From positions 1 to 60,823 of the IMG/VR virus record IMGVR_UViG_3300037991_005796: a stretch of 60,823 nucleotides of DNA, one strand, 5' to 3'. Source of the stretch: a virus (taxonomy: Duplodnaviria; Caudoviricetes). Under the pieces are notes generated by a model. It was not told where the DNA came from. It saw only the letters and a list, made by a program, of their open reading frames with translations, and made no database searches. Within the stretch, counting starts at the first letter, position 1. Each line of letters opens with the position of its first letter. Positions 19,358 to 28,878 of this stretch are shown here, piece after piece. The translations under genes were made by a program, and so were the position numbers.

Positions 19358-19365
19358 TATTTATA
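19358..19365 (+). promoter_or_regulatory. TATTTATA putative late promoter
   Basis: Intergenic octamer upstream of a structured leader and ORF 19437. Confidence 0.6.
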
Positions 19366-19422
19366 ATGGTAGAGCTTTATTGGCCCCGAAAGGGGAAGTG
19401 GGCTATTATAGTAACCAACCAT
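19366..19422 (+). promoter_or_regulatory. Candidate structured RNA leader (multi-stem junction with GAAA tetraloop)
   Basis: TTGG/CCAA encloses CCCC-GAAA-GGGG and GCTA-tta-TAGT; outer ATGG/CCAT; no U-tract follows. Confidence 0.45.
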
Positions 19423-19436
19423 AAAACTTAAAAATT

Positions 19437-19997
19437 ATGCCTAATTGGAAAAAAGTAATTGTTTCGGGGTCCGATGCATCCCTTAACTCTGTTTCCGGTT
19501 CTGTTCTTCTTACCGGAGATTTAAACGCAAATTCAAATAATATAATTTCAGTTGCTAAGGTTGGAGCAGCCACTAACGACGAATATTTAGATTTCGGCAC
19601 TGATGCTATGATTAAAGTAGCAATAGATAATGTCGAAGACTTTAGATTTGCAGATGGTGGTACTTTTCATGCTAATGCTGATGTAGTAGCATATTCATCA
19701 ACTGTATCTTCAGATGAAAGATTAAAAACTAACATTATAGATACTAAATATGGTTTAGATCATATATTAGGTTTAGAAGCTAAAGAGTTTGACTGGAAAG
19801 AAAAACTTAATGGCAGACATGATATAGGGTTTATTGCACAGCAAGTACAGGAAGTAGTTCCAGAACTAGTTAAAGAAGTGAACGGATTGAATGGAGAAGA
19901 TCCTCACTTAACTGTCGATTATGCTAAAGTAGTTCCTATTTTAGTAAATGCTATTAAGGAATTAAAAAGCGAAATAGAAGAATTAAAAACTAAATAA
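19437..19997 (+). CDS. Short fibre protein with C-terminal peptidase S74 intramolecular chaperone
   Basis: SDERLKTNI autocleavage motif, GFIAQQVQEVVPELV, VDYAKVVPILVNAIKEL coiled coil. Confidence 0.85.
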   Translation: MPNWKKVIVSGSDASLNSVSGSVLLTGDLNANSNNIISVAKVGAATNDEYLDFGTDAMIKVAIDNVEDFRFADGGTFHANADVVAYSSTVSSDERLKTNIIDTKYGLDHILGLEAKEFDWKEKLNGRHDIGFIAQQVQEVVPELVKEVNGLNGEDPHLTVDYAKVVPILVNAIKELKSEIEELKTK

Positions 19998-20005
19998 GTT
20001 ATAAA

Positions 20006-20557
20006 ATGGGTTTCATTATTAATGCAGATCTTGAGACGAGTCAAGGCCCGACTCAGGAGTTATACGTAAGAGTTGAAGGATTTTCTTTCAACAAAGTAAC
20101 AGCGCAACTTGGATTTCAAGTTACGTATTGGATTGATAGACAACATGCTATTAAACATAATAGAGTGTATCTAGAAGAAGAAGTAAAACCTATGGTAGGA
20201 TTAGTACAGAATAAAATACTATACTTTGAAAACTCAGGTGGAGATGGAGAAGAAATTATGCTATCTCAGTATATAAAAACTAAAGTAGCAGAAGAAAGAG
20301 AAGTAGATATACCGGTTTATGTAGAAGAAGAAATAAAAGAAAAAGTACCTTATGTAAGTTTCGATGAAAATGGAGACGAAGTCATAAGATATAGAGATGT
20401 AATAAAAGAAAAGACTGTGCAGAAAGGTACTAGTAAAGAAATTAAAACTGTGATAAACTTAGAAGCTTTTGGTAACTTATATGAATATTGCTATAAAAAA
20501 TTATATGATTATTTAATTACCGTATTACCAGAAGATACTATAGAAACTGTTAGATAG
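20006..20557 (+). CDS. Hypothetical protein
   Basis: 183 aa ORF in the fibre module; no motif recognised. Confidence 0.6.
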   Translation: MGFIINADLETSQGPTQELYVRVEGFSFNKVTAQLGFQVTYWIDRQHAIKHNRVYLEEEVKPMVGLVQNKILYFENSGGDGEEIMLSQYIKTKVAEEREVDIPVYVEEEIKEKVPYVSFDENGDEVIRYRDVIKEKTVQKGTSKEIKTVINLEAFGNLYEYCYKKLYDYLITVLPEDTIETVR

Positions 20558-21271
20558 ATGGCAAGATTTATATACGGTACTAACGATATATCAGCATCAA
20601 CGTTCCCTAGTTGGTCAAATGCAATGTCTGAAGGAGATGGAAATATCTCTCAAAGTGTTGCATTAAATGATTTTTATCCTACTCAAGGACCTGCTGATTT
20701 CGGTTTACAGATACTTCAAGGAGCATCTGTATTTTATGGTAACGTTATTCCAGAAAATGGAGGTACTTGTCAAGTAGATGCTCCATATTCTGTAGCAGCT
20801 TCTACATCAACTATTACAGTAAAAAATTTAGATATATCTGCTCATTCAATTACTTTGCATGCTAGAGCAAATTATCCTCATAGTTTTGATTCATGGAGAA
20901 CAGCCGCTGAAGGAGGTGGAAGTCAAATTGCAGCTACTAATACAGTTACTTTAACCGATGCAACTATAGCAGATCATGAAAACTATTATGCTCATTTTAC
21001 TACTACTCATGCTGATACAAGTTCAGTAACTTATCCAGGATTTAGCGGTAGTGTTGTAAGTGGTGATAGTGCTGCAGCTTGTTCAAGTTCATTAGGTAGT
21101 ATTTATTACTTTAATGGTGATGCTACTAATACAGTTCCTGTAGAAGGAGATACAGTTGCTACTAATGATAGTTTAGCAAGTACAGTATCAGCAGGATTTA
21201 TAAAAGTTACAGGAGACAAATTTATACAAACTAACGCAAGTGGAGTAGTAATAGCTGACGGTAGTTGTTAA
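20558..21271 (+). CDS. Putative virion protein with InlB B-repeat-like domain
   Basis: ANYPHSFDSWRTAAEGGG...YYAHF resembles Listeria-Bacteroides repeat; Ser/Thr-rich. Confidence 0.5.
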   Translation: MARFIYGTNDISASTFPSWSNAMSEGDGNISQSVALNDFYPTQGPADFGLQILQGASVFYGNVIPENGGTCQVDAPYSVAASTSTITVKNLDISAHSITLHARANYPHSFDSWRTAAEGGGSQIAATNTVTLTDATIADHENYYAHFTTTHADTSSVTYPGFSGSVVSGDSAAACSSSLGSIYYFNGDATNTVPVEGDTVATNDSLASTVSAGFIKVTGDKFIQTNASGVVIADGSC

Positions 21272-21289
21272 ATTTAAATAAAATAAGTT

Positions 21290-22159
21290 TTGAAAATAAT
21301 TTGGGTTTTAGAAAATATTAAAGATAATCAAAATTCGTTTGATTATTATATCAATAGTAAGTTAAACGTACTTCTCTTACTAGCATCAGTAAACTTGTGG
21401 CGAAGAAATCATCCTGAAGATACTTGTGTTTTATATGCAGATGATATTACTATTGATGCATTAAATAGGTTAAAAGTATTAGATTTCTGGCATAAAATTT
21501 TACCTATACCTAATCCAAGAAAAATAAACAAAAGTGTATTTTGGGCTTCTTCTAAACTACAAGTACTATCTTCTATAAAAGAACCTGTTATTTTAATGGA
21601 TAACGATACTCATATCTACAAACCTATAAAGCAATATTTAGATTTAAATAAAGTATATGTACATAATTTAGAGGTAGGTAAAGGTTATTATCCTACATCT
21701 ATGGATGAATATGTTAAAAAATTATCTTATAAAGCAAGATGGCAGACTAAATCTGTAAACGTAGCTTTTTTAAATTTACCTGATTATAAATTTACTAATG
21801 AATACGCAGAATTAAGTTTAAGTATTATGGAAGAGTTTACTAAAATGAAAGTACCACATCCACAATATTTAATTTTTGCTGAACAATTAGTATTAAAACA
21901 TTTATTAGATAAAAAAAATATAGAATATAAACCAATAATTTCAACTGATTGGGATTGCGAAAAATGGGAATGGGGTAAAGATAATAACGAAGGTATATGG
22001 AAATTAAAAGAATCTGGTATTTTTCTTAAACACTATGGGCCTTTAAAATCATTTATTAAAGATAGTAGAGCTGATCAAAATTACGAAAAAGAGATAAATC
22101 ATTTGGTAAATTGCATAAATTTACCTAACTTAGACTTAAATAGTTTTGTTGCAAAATAA
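21290..22159 (+). CDS. Putative GT-A fold transferase (DUF6734-like)
   Basis: FWASSKL...EPVILMDND (DxD), IFAEQ, HYG; TTG start. Confidence 0.5.
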   Translation: MKIIWVLENIKDNQNSFDYYINSKLNVLLLLASVNLWRRNHPEDTCVLYADDITIDALNRLKVLDFWHKILPIPNPRKINKSVFWASSKLQVLSSIKEPVILMDNDTHIYKPIKQYLDLNKVYVHNLEVGKGYYPTSMDEYVKKLSYKARWQTKSVNVAFLNLPDYKFTNEYAELSLSIMEEFTKMKVPHPQYLIFAEQLVLKHLLDKKNIEYKPIISTDWDCEKWEWGKDNNEGIWKLKESGIFLKHYGPLKSFIKDSRADQNYEKEINHLVNCINLPNLDLNSFVAK

Positions 22160-22920
22160 TGGGAGTTTTAGATAAAGAATATATTAGACAGTTTTTAACT
22201 AATGACGTTTATATTGAACAGGATATAAATAACAAAGAAATTAAATCTTTTAAACCTGTAAAATATAGATGGACTCATGGAGCTACTGATTATGATTTGG
22301 GAGATGGACTTTTAATTTACTCTCTTATACAGTATATGAGATATAAAACCTGTGTATGTTTAGGAAGTGGAGGAGGATTCATACCTAGAATAATGACCCA
22401 AGCTAGATTAGATTTACACGAGTTAGGAATTTTCGAAGGAGATACAGATTATAATCATGGTGATATAGGGGTTACTTACTTAGTAGATGCAGCGAATGGA
22501 GTAGGAGGTGAAATAAACTACACTAAAGAAGATAGTTTTTTTAGATATCAATTTGCTCCTAGATTTATAAAAGAAACAACTGAAGATGCTTATTATCACT
22601 TTTTTGTTAAACAAGATATTAAAATAGATTATTTACATATAGACGCAGGACATTCATATGAAGATGTTAAAAATGATTTTAAACTATATAGTAAATTAGT
22701 TAAACCTAACGGTATCATTTCAATTCATGATACAGATGAAAAATATCAAAATGAATTAATTATCACAGAAGACGAAAAAAAATATTTTGAAGAATTTGAT
22801 GGTCCTCCTAAATTTATAAAAGAAATTGATAAAGAATGGAGATCGTTCAACCTCTTTAACACAGGTAATTTACCTTCAAAACCAAGTTCAACCGGATTAA
22901 CTATTTTACAACGTGCTTAA
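22159..22920 (+). CDS. Class I SAM methyltransferase (Methyltransf_24-like)
   Basis: CLGSGGG; IDYLHIDAGHSYEDVKNDF...LVKPNGIISIHD. Confidence 0.85.
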   Translation: MGVLDKEYIRQFLTNDVYIEQDINNKEIKSFKPVKYRWTHGATDYDLGDGLLIYSLIQYMRYKTCVCLGSGGGFIPRIMTQARLDLHELGIFEGDTDYNHGDIGVTYLVDAANGVGGEINYTKEDSFFRYQFAPRFIKETTEDAYYHFFVKQDIKIDYLHIDAGHSYEDVKNDFKLYSKLVKPNGIISIHDTDEKYQNELIITEDEKKYFEEFDGPPKFIKEIDKEWRSFNLFNTGNLPSKPSSTGLTILQRA

Positions 22921-23752
22921 TTTAGTAACAGTAGTAGGACAGAATACTCATATTTTACCTCATATGCTTAAACATTATGAGAATAAAATAGATAATATAT
23001 ACGTGGTAGTATATAGACAGCATGATAATGATGGTATTTTAGAAGAAGTAGAAGAATTAGGAATAAAACCTTTTTGGATTGTAACTGATAAAAAATACCA
23101 TTGGGAAAGAGTAACCGACATATATAATACAGTAAGAGCAAAAAAACCTAATGACTGGTGGATAATATCAGATGATGATGAATTACAAGTTTATCCAACC
23201 GATATAGAAAATGTAATTAAAACATGTGAAAAACGTAATAAGACATTCGCTACGGGAGGTTTTTTAGACCGTATAGGAGAAAATGGTACCTTTCCTTTAG
23301 TTACTAGAGAAACAGATATTCACAAAGCATATCCTAATGCTGGTTTTTTTAGATACCCAATGAGTGGAGCATGCCCTAACAAAGTTACTTTAGCGAAAGG
23401 TTCTCAAAAAATAACTTCTGGGCAGCATTATGCTTTGTTTGAAGATGGTAAAAATAGCTGGGGTGATAAACACCCTTTACGTTTAGAGATAGAAGAATGT
23501 TTTACTCAAGTACATCATTTTAAATGGGATAGTACTTGCGTAGATAGAATAAAATTAGTTGCTGATAACAATAAAAAATATTCTTATTCAGAAGAATATA
23601 AAAAAATGTATGATGCAATTAAAGATAGTCAATGGAAAATAAATATAAAAAAAACTGAATATTTAGTTGAAAAATTGAAAGATTTTACTTATATTAATTA
23701 TAACGACTATAGCAAATGGAAACATTTAACTAAATTAATTATTAATATTTAA
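22913..23752 (+). CDS. Glycosyltransferase, GT2-related
   Basis: ILPHMLKHY, WWIISDDDEL (DxD), HHFKW. Confidence 0.75.
   Translation: MLNLVTVVGQNTHILPHMLKHYENKIDNIYVVVYRQHDNDGILEEVEELGIKPFWIVTDKKYHWERVTDIYNTVRAKKPNDWWIISDDDELQVYPTDIENVIKTCEKRNKTFATGGFLDRIGENGTFPLVTRETDIHKAYPNAGFFRYPMSGACPNKVTLAKGSQKITSGQHYALFEDGKNSWGDKHPLRLEIEECFTQVHHFKWDSTCVDRIKLVADNNKKYSYSEEYKKMYDAIKDSQWKINIKKTEYLVEKLKDFTYINYNDYSKWKHLTKLIINI
23664..23696 (+). promoter_or_regulatory. Bipartite promoter-like motif TAGTTG-N17-ACTTATATT inside CDS
   Basis: Same hexamer, spacing and 3' box as the intergenic copy at 57075-57106. Confidence 0.45.
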
Positions 23753-23755
23753 ATT

Positions 23756-23944
23756 ATGGCAAGTAGAGAAAAACAAACCGACGCTCAACTTTTAGAAGAA
23801 AGAAAAGTTAAAGCATTAGAGAAAATCGCTGCTTCAGTAGATGCAATAGCTTTCTGGATGGAAGATATAGATAAAGCTGAGTGGAGTGAAAGACTACAAT
23901 GGTATCTTTCTGAGTACTACGAAAAGTTCGTTAAGAAAGACTAG
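23756..23944 (+). CDS. Small hypothetical helical protein
   Basis: 62 aa ORF tightly packed between neighbours. Confidence 0.65.
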   Translation: MASREKQTDAQLLEERKVKALEKIAASVDAIAFWMEDIDKAEWSERLQWYLSEYYEKFVKKD

Positions 23945-25332
23945 TGAGTAGGGTAGGTGTAATAGTACCTTATAGAGATAGAAAAGAACAATTACACAGA
24001 TTTATCGATCATACTTCTAAGTACTTATCTAACAGAAACTTTGATTATTTTATAATTGTAGTAGAGCAATTAGATAATAAAGAGTTTAATAGAGGTAAAT
24101 TACTTAATGTAGGTTTTAAAGAAGCTAAGAAAAAACGTTGTGATTATGTAGTATTTCATGACGTAGATATGTTAGCAGAAAAAGTTGATTATTCTTTTTC
24201 TGAAATACCTATGCACTTAGCTTCTGACAACTTACCTTTTGATCATTATTTTGGAGGTATCACTTTATTCCCAATAGATTACTTTGAAAAAATAAATGGG
24301 TTTTCGAATGTATACTGGGGATGGGGCTTTGAAGATGATGATCTAAGATATAGGTGTATTGAAAAAGATATACCTTTAGTAAGAGTAACTCAAACTGATA
24401 GAAATCCACCTAGAACAGATCTTAAGTTAAACGGTGTAGATGCTTTTATATCCAGTAAGAATACTTTAGATATAAATAAATCTTTTACTGTAGGATTAAA
24501 ATTTACTCCTGAAAAACAGATTTATGATCATCAGAAAGACTCTGATAAGTTTACTCTGTTTAACATTCCTGAGTATGATTTTAGTATAAGTTATACATCA
24601 TTTAATAGGTACCAAGTTGAATTTTTTAATAGTAGATTAGAGTATAATCATATTTTTTCTAATATTGAAGCAATAACTCCAACTACTCATAGTATCTTTA
24701 TTACTTATAATGCATTAACAAAAGTTTTAAAATTTTACTTAAATAAGAAATTAGTAGGAGAGCAAAAACTGTCTATTCCTTTTTATAAGTACAACGAACA
24801 ACCTAAATTTTATTTAGGTAGCAAAGGAGGAAAACAGGATTACTTTAAAGGCATTTTAAAAGAGTTTTATATTTTTAATAAATCTTTAAAAGGTAATGAA
24901 ATAAAAGAACTGCACTTAAATCAATCTTTTGGAGCAACTCAGAATTTTGGTAGTTATAAAAGCAGCTCTTATTTACAATTATATTATGATACAAGGTTTA
25001 TTAAAGATTATAAATTAATTGATTTATCTTTAAATAATAATTTTGGTACGATTAAAAACTGTGAAATAGTTGAACCTCCTCCAATTACTAAGTTTTTTGA
25101 TTATTTACCTTACAGAAGGTATAGCAAGATACAGTACTTAAATCATGATAATAATGGTTTTGAAGACGGTAAGTGGAAGAGTAAGTCTACTAGATGGAAT
25201 CAATTAAGATATAATAATGAAGTTTCGACTGGTTATTATGATATAGAAAAAGATGGTTTATCAAATTTATCTTACCAACTTATTGAAAATAAAAAAGAAA
25301 GTAGGGTTATTTATTTAAAAGTAGAGTTATGA
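23944..25332 (+). CDS. GT7 (beta-1,4-galactosyltransferase-like) with inserted LamG/ConA-like domain
   Basis: VPYRDR, FNRGKLLNVG, FHDVD, YFGG, NGFSNVYWGWGFEDDDL, terminal DGLSNLSY; ~230-aa beta-rich insert with FKGILKEFYIFNKSL. Confidence 0.88.
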   Translation: MSRVGVIVPYRDRKEQLHRFIDHTSKYLSNRNFDYFIIVVEQLDNKEFNRGKLLNVGFKEAKKKRCDYVVFHDVDMLAEKVDYSFSEIPMHLASDNLPFDHYFGGITLFPIDYFEKINGFSNVYWGWGFEDDDLRYRCIEKDIPLVRVTQTDRNPPRTDLKLNGVDAFISSKNTLDINKSFTVGLKFTPEKQIYDHQKDSDKFTLFNIPEYDFSISYTSFNRYQVEFFNSRLEYNHIFSNIEAITPTTHSIFITYNALTKVLKFYLNKKLVGEQKLSIPFYKYNEQPKFYLGSKGGKQDYFKGILKEFYIFNKSLKGNEIKELHLNQSFGATQNFGSYKSSSYLQLYYDTRFIKDYKLIDLSLNNNFGTIKNCEIVEPPPITKFFDYLPYRRYSKIQYLNHDNNGFEDGKWKSKSTRWNQLRYNNEVSTGYYDIEKDGLSNLSYQLIENKKESRVIYLKVEL

Positions 25333-26738
25333 AGTTAGGAGTATGTGTTCCTTATCGAAATAGAGAATTACATTTGCATGAATTTATTCCAAAAGTAGGT
25401 AAATATTTAAAGAATAGAAATATAGATTTTCAAATGTACTTTTGTCATCAAACTGATGATAAACTATTCAATAGAGGAGCAACTAAAAATATAGCTGCTA
25501 AACATGCTTTTGAAGAAGGTTGTGACTATATAGTATGGCACGATATAGATATGATACCAGAAGAAGGTGGTGGTGCTGACTATTCATTCCCAGATAAACA
25601 TCCAATCCATATTGCAACTAAAATCTCTCAAATGGATTATAAACTTAAGTATCACGAATATTTTGGTGGTGCTGTAGTTTTTAGTAAAGAACAAGTAGAA
25701 AATACTAATGGATATAGTAATGGATATTGGGATTGGGGTATGGAGGATGATGACTTATTTTGGAGATGTTATAGAGAAGGTTATACTAATGATACTTACC
25801 TAGCTACTTTAAATAACCAAAAATTTTTATCTTTTGATGGAAATGCTAAAGTAGAAATACCGTTAGACAGAACAGTAAGAAACGTACCTCATAGGTCTCA
25901 TACAATATCAATGTTATGTAGAGCATTCAACCAACCAGAAAAACAAGGTATATTTTTAATAGGAGACAAGTCTAATAAGTATGTAGAATTTCCTATACTG
26001 AGAATACCTGGTTATGATTATGGATTTGCATTCAATAATTCAAGAACTCTTTCCTTACAATTTTGGAACGTCTTTAATAACCATAACTATATGTGGGTGA
26101 AAAGATATGATAACCAATGGAGCTGGGTAACAGCTGTTTTTGATGATATGGATAAAAATGCTCATTTATATTTAAACGGAACTGAAGTAGATTCAAAAGG
26201 CGGATATGGAACTCCTTCACCATTAAATTATGAAGGTAGGTTGATGAGGTATAAAAATCCTTCTATATTTTTAGGACATACCCCTTCGTTTGATGATTCA
26301 CATCCTGGAGCTTACTTCAAAGGAGATATTGCAAAAGTATATGCATGGGATAGAGCATTACATCCTAATGAAGTCGAAAACCTACATAATAATATACCAG
26401 AAGAGAGTTTAGTAGTAGACTTAAATATGAATGATCCTAAGACTAAGCATATCAATACAAATGCAGTTATAAACGAAGATAAAGTTTTAATACCTAATTC
26501 TATTTTACCGCATAGAGTTGAAGGTAAGATGAGATGCTTACCTCATAAAGATGAAGGATTAGTTGACGGTAAATGGGCAAAAGGAGAAACAACTGCAAAA
26601 AACGAAAGAAGATACGTTCTTGAAATGCAACAAAATAAGTTAGCATATAAAGATGACGGAATCAAACAAGTTAAATACGAGTTTATAGGAGAAGAAAAAT
26701 TAACCCCTTGGGCTAAAATGATTAATATAAAATTATGA
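25329..26738 (+). CDS. GT7 paralogue with inserted LamG/ConA-like domain
   Basis: VPYRNR, FNRG, WHDID, YFGG, NGYSNGYWDWGMEDDDL; insert with WSWVTAVFD, LYLNG, FKGDIAKVYAWDRAL. Confidence 0.88.
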   Translation: MKLGVCVPYRNRELHLHEFIPKVGKYLKNRNIDFQMYFCHQTDDKLFNRGATKNIAAKHAFEEGCDYIVWHDIDMIPEEGGGADYSFPDKHPIHIATKISQMDYKLKYHEYFGGAVVFSKEQVENTNGYSNGYWDWGMEDDDLFWRCYREGYTNDTYLATLNNQKFLSFDGNAKVEIPLDRTVRNVPHRSHTISMLCRAFNQPEKQGIFLIGDKSNKYVEFPILRIPGYDYGFAFNNSRTLSLQFWNVFNNHNYMWVKRYDNQWSWVTAVFDDMDKNAHLYLNGTEVDSKGGYGTPSPLNYEGRLMRYKNPSIFLGHTPSFDDSHPGAYFKGDIAKVYAWDRALHPNEVENLHNNIPEESLVVDLNMNDPKTKHINTNAVINEDKVLIPNSILPHRVEGKMRCLPHKDEGLVDGKWAKGETTAKNERRYVLEMQQNKLAYKDDGIKQVKYEFIGEEKLTPWAKMINIKL

Positions 26739-28150
26739 GTTCATCTAAAAAAGCACACGAAATATCATTTACTAATCCTGACTATTTAGATACTAAAAAG
26801 AAATTAGATAGTGTAGGATGCGGTATGTGTTTAGCAAAATGGACTCAAGTAACTATGCACCTACAGATGGGACAGACACATTCATGTCACCACCCTTCAA
26901 CTCATAGAATACCAGTAGGAGAGCTTAAAAGAAATCCATCAGCATTACATAATACTTTGTATAAAAAACAACGTAGAAAAGAAATGTTAGAAAATAAAAG
27001 ACCTGCAGAGTGTGATTACTGTTGGAATGTAGAAGATAACTCATCAGGTTTTTCTGATCGAACTTTTAAGTCTAATGAAACGTGGTCTAAACCTCATTTT
27101 GATGAAATAAAAAATTTACACTGGAGAGCTGATTATAATCCCAGATATGTAGAGGTAGCATTTTCTAATGCATGTAATTTTAAATGTTCATATTGCGGAC
27201 CTTCTTTCTCTTCTTCATGGGTACAAGAAGCTAAAAAATTTGGAGCTTATCCTACTGATGATAAATTTAATGATATAGAGTATTTAAAAGCTAATAATAA
27301 AATGCCTATTCACCATAAAGAGTATAATCCTTATGTAGAAGCATTTTGGAAATGGTGGCCTGATCTATATAGAGATTTACATACTTTTAGAATTACTGGA
27401 GGAGAGCCATTATTAGCTAAAGATACATGGAAAGTATTAGATTATATTATTGAACATCCAAACCCAAACAAAAAACTTAATTTAGCTATTAACTCTAATT
27501 TAGGTATACCAGATAATTTAGTAGATAATTTTATAGAAAAAATTAAAATAATAGAAGATAAAGGATTAGTAAATGAGTTTATAGTATTTACTTCAGTTGA
27601 CGGATGGGGAGCACAAGCCGAATATATTCGTAATGGTTTAGAGTTTAACAGATTCTGGGACAATATGAATAAAATTTTAACTGCTTGTCCTAGATTAAAT
27701 ATAACTATTATGTCAACCTTTAATGGACTGTCAGTTCCTTCTTATTATAAACTTATAGACGGAGTATATACTTTAAAACAAGAATATGCATCTACTGATA
27801 GGTATTGGATATCTGCAGTGTTTTTAGATTCATCATACTTAAGATTCCCTTCTCATCAAACTTTACAAGTATTACCTTCTAAATGGGATAAAGAAGTATT
27901 ACGATGTGCAAGTCATGCAGACTTTTTAGGCACTCCTAAATTTGATAATAAACTAATTGGTTACTCTGATGTTGAAATACAAAAAATTAAAAGATCATAC
28001 GACTGGATGAAAGCAAGACAGGATATGACTAATCAAAGAAGAAATTTTGCAAATTACTTTGCCGCTCATGATAAAAGAAGAGGAACTGATTTCTCTAAGA
28101 CTTTTCCGGAATTAGCTGACTTTTTCGAATACTGTAAAACTTTAAGTTAA
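26735..28150 (+). CDS. Radical SAM enzyme with N-terminal twitch-like Cys cluster
   Basis: CNFKCSYC, TGGEP; N-terminal CLAKW...SCHH...ECDYCW. Confidence 0.88.
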   Translation: MSSSKKAHEISFTNPDYLDTKKKLDSVGCGMCLAKWTQVTMHLQMGQTHSCHHPSTHRIPVGELKRNPSALHNTLYKKQRRKEMLENKRPAECDYCWNVEDNSSGFSDRTFKSNETWSKPHFDEIKNLHWRADYNPRYVEVAFSNACNFKCSYCGPSFSSSWVQEAKKFGAYPTDDKFNDIEYLKANNKMPIHHKEYNPYVEAFWKWWPDLYRDLHTFRITGGEPLLAKDTWKVLDYIIEHPNPNKKLNLAINSNLGIPDNLVDNFIEKIKIIEDKGLVNEFIVFTSVDGWGAQAEYIRNGLEFNRFWDNMNKILTACPRLNITIMSTFNGLSVPSYYKLIDGVYTLKQEYASTDRYWISAVFLDSSYLRFPSHQTLQVLPSKWDKEVLRCASHADFLGTPKFDNKLIGYSDVEIQKIKRSYDWMKARQDMTNQRRNFANYFAAHDKRRGTDFSKTFPELADFFEYCKTLS

Positions 28151-28878
28151 TGAATATAAACGAAGATAATACTTATTTGTTTTTGAAAGGAAATAAAAAT
28201 AAACTTATTTTTAATCCACCTGATGATATAGTAACTACTGACTTTACTCTTATTATGAGTTTTAAACCAGATGAAAAAAACTGGTTAGAAAAAATAGAAG
28301 AGACAAATTTTTATACTCAAGGACTTTTTAGTAAAAATGGCAAACATATAGGTTTATTTTTTACTGCAGGTAAAGATGAAATAGGTAAACCTTTATTAAA
28401 AGTAAGTTTTGAATGGTGGAAAAAAACTAACGATCCTGAAGTAGATGAAGTTAAATCTGTAGATATTTTTCCTACTATAGAAGAAACTAAAAAAGGATTT
28501 AACGTTATAGTGAAAAAGAAAAAAAATAGTCTTGAATTAGATGTTAACGGTAAGACTAAAGTTGGAGATATAACCGATGTTATAGATTACTCATACAGTT
28601 ATACATGGATAGGCTGTGCTAATAGATTATCTCCAGAATTCCAACATATATACTACGGTGATATTACATTATTACACTTACAAGAAGGAATTTTAGATGA
28701 TGATAATTGTAAATTAATTTTTGACGATTATGATAAATTTGTAGAAACTATCAGTTTAGATATGGATAGAAAAATAATGTTTACATCTAATTTTAAAGAA
28801 GTTTCTCCTTACAAAGTAAAAGATCATTCTTTTAATAACAATCATATAATTAAGTATTCTAATTTATGGCTAAATTAA
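28150..28878 (+). CDS. Stand-alone LamG/ConA-like domain protein
   Basis: DFTLIMSFKP, LDVNG, WIGC, YYGDI patterns, similar to the GT7 inserts. Confidence 0.5.
   Translation: MNINEDNTYLFLKGNKNKLIFNPPDDIVTTDFTLIMSFKPDEKNWLEKIEETNFYTQGLFSKNGKHIGLFFTAGKDEIGKPLLKVSFEWWKKTNDPEVDEVKSVDIFPTIEETKKGFNVIVKKKKNSLELDVNGKTKVGDITDVIDYSYSYTWIGCANRLSPEFQHIYYGDITLLHLQEGILDDDNCKLIFDDYDKFVETISLDMDRKIMFTSNFKEVSPYKVKDHSFNNNHIIKYSNLWLN

Noticed and set aside
19380-19403. CCCC-GAAA-GGGG hairpin as a terminator, DGR hairpin or hammerhead
   Set aside because: No U-tract, no reverse transcriptase or TR/VR pair in the window, and no CUGANGA core
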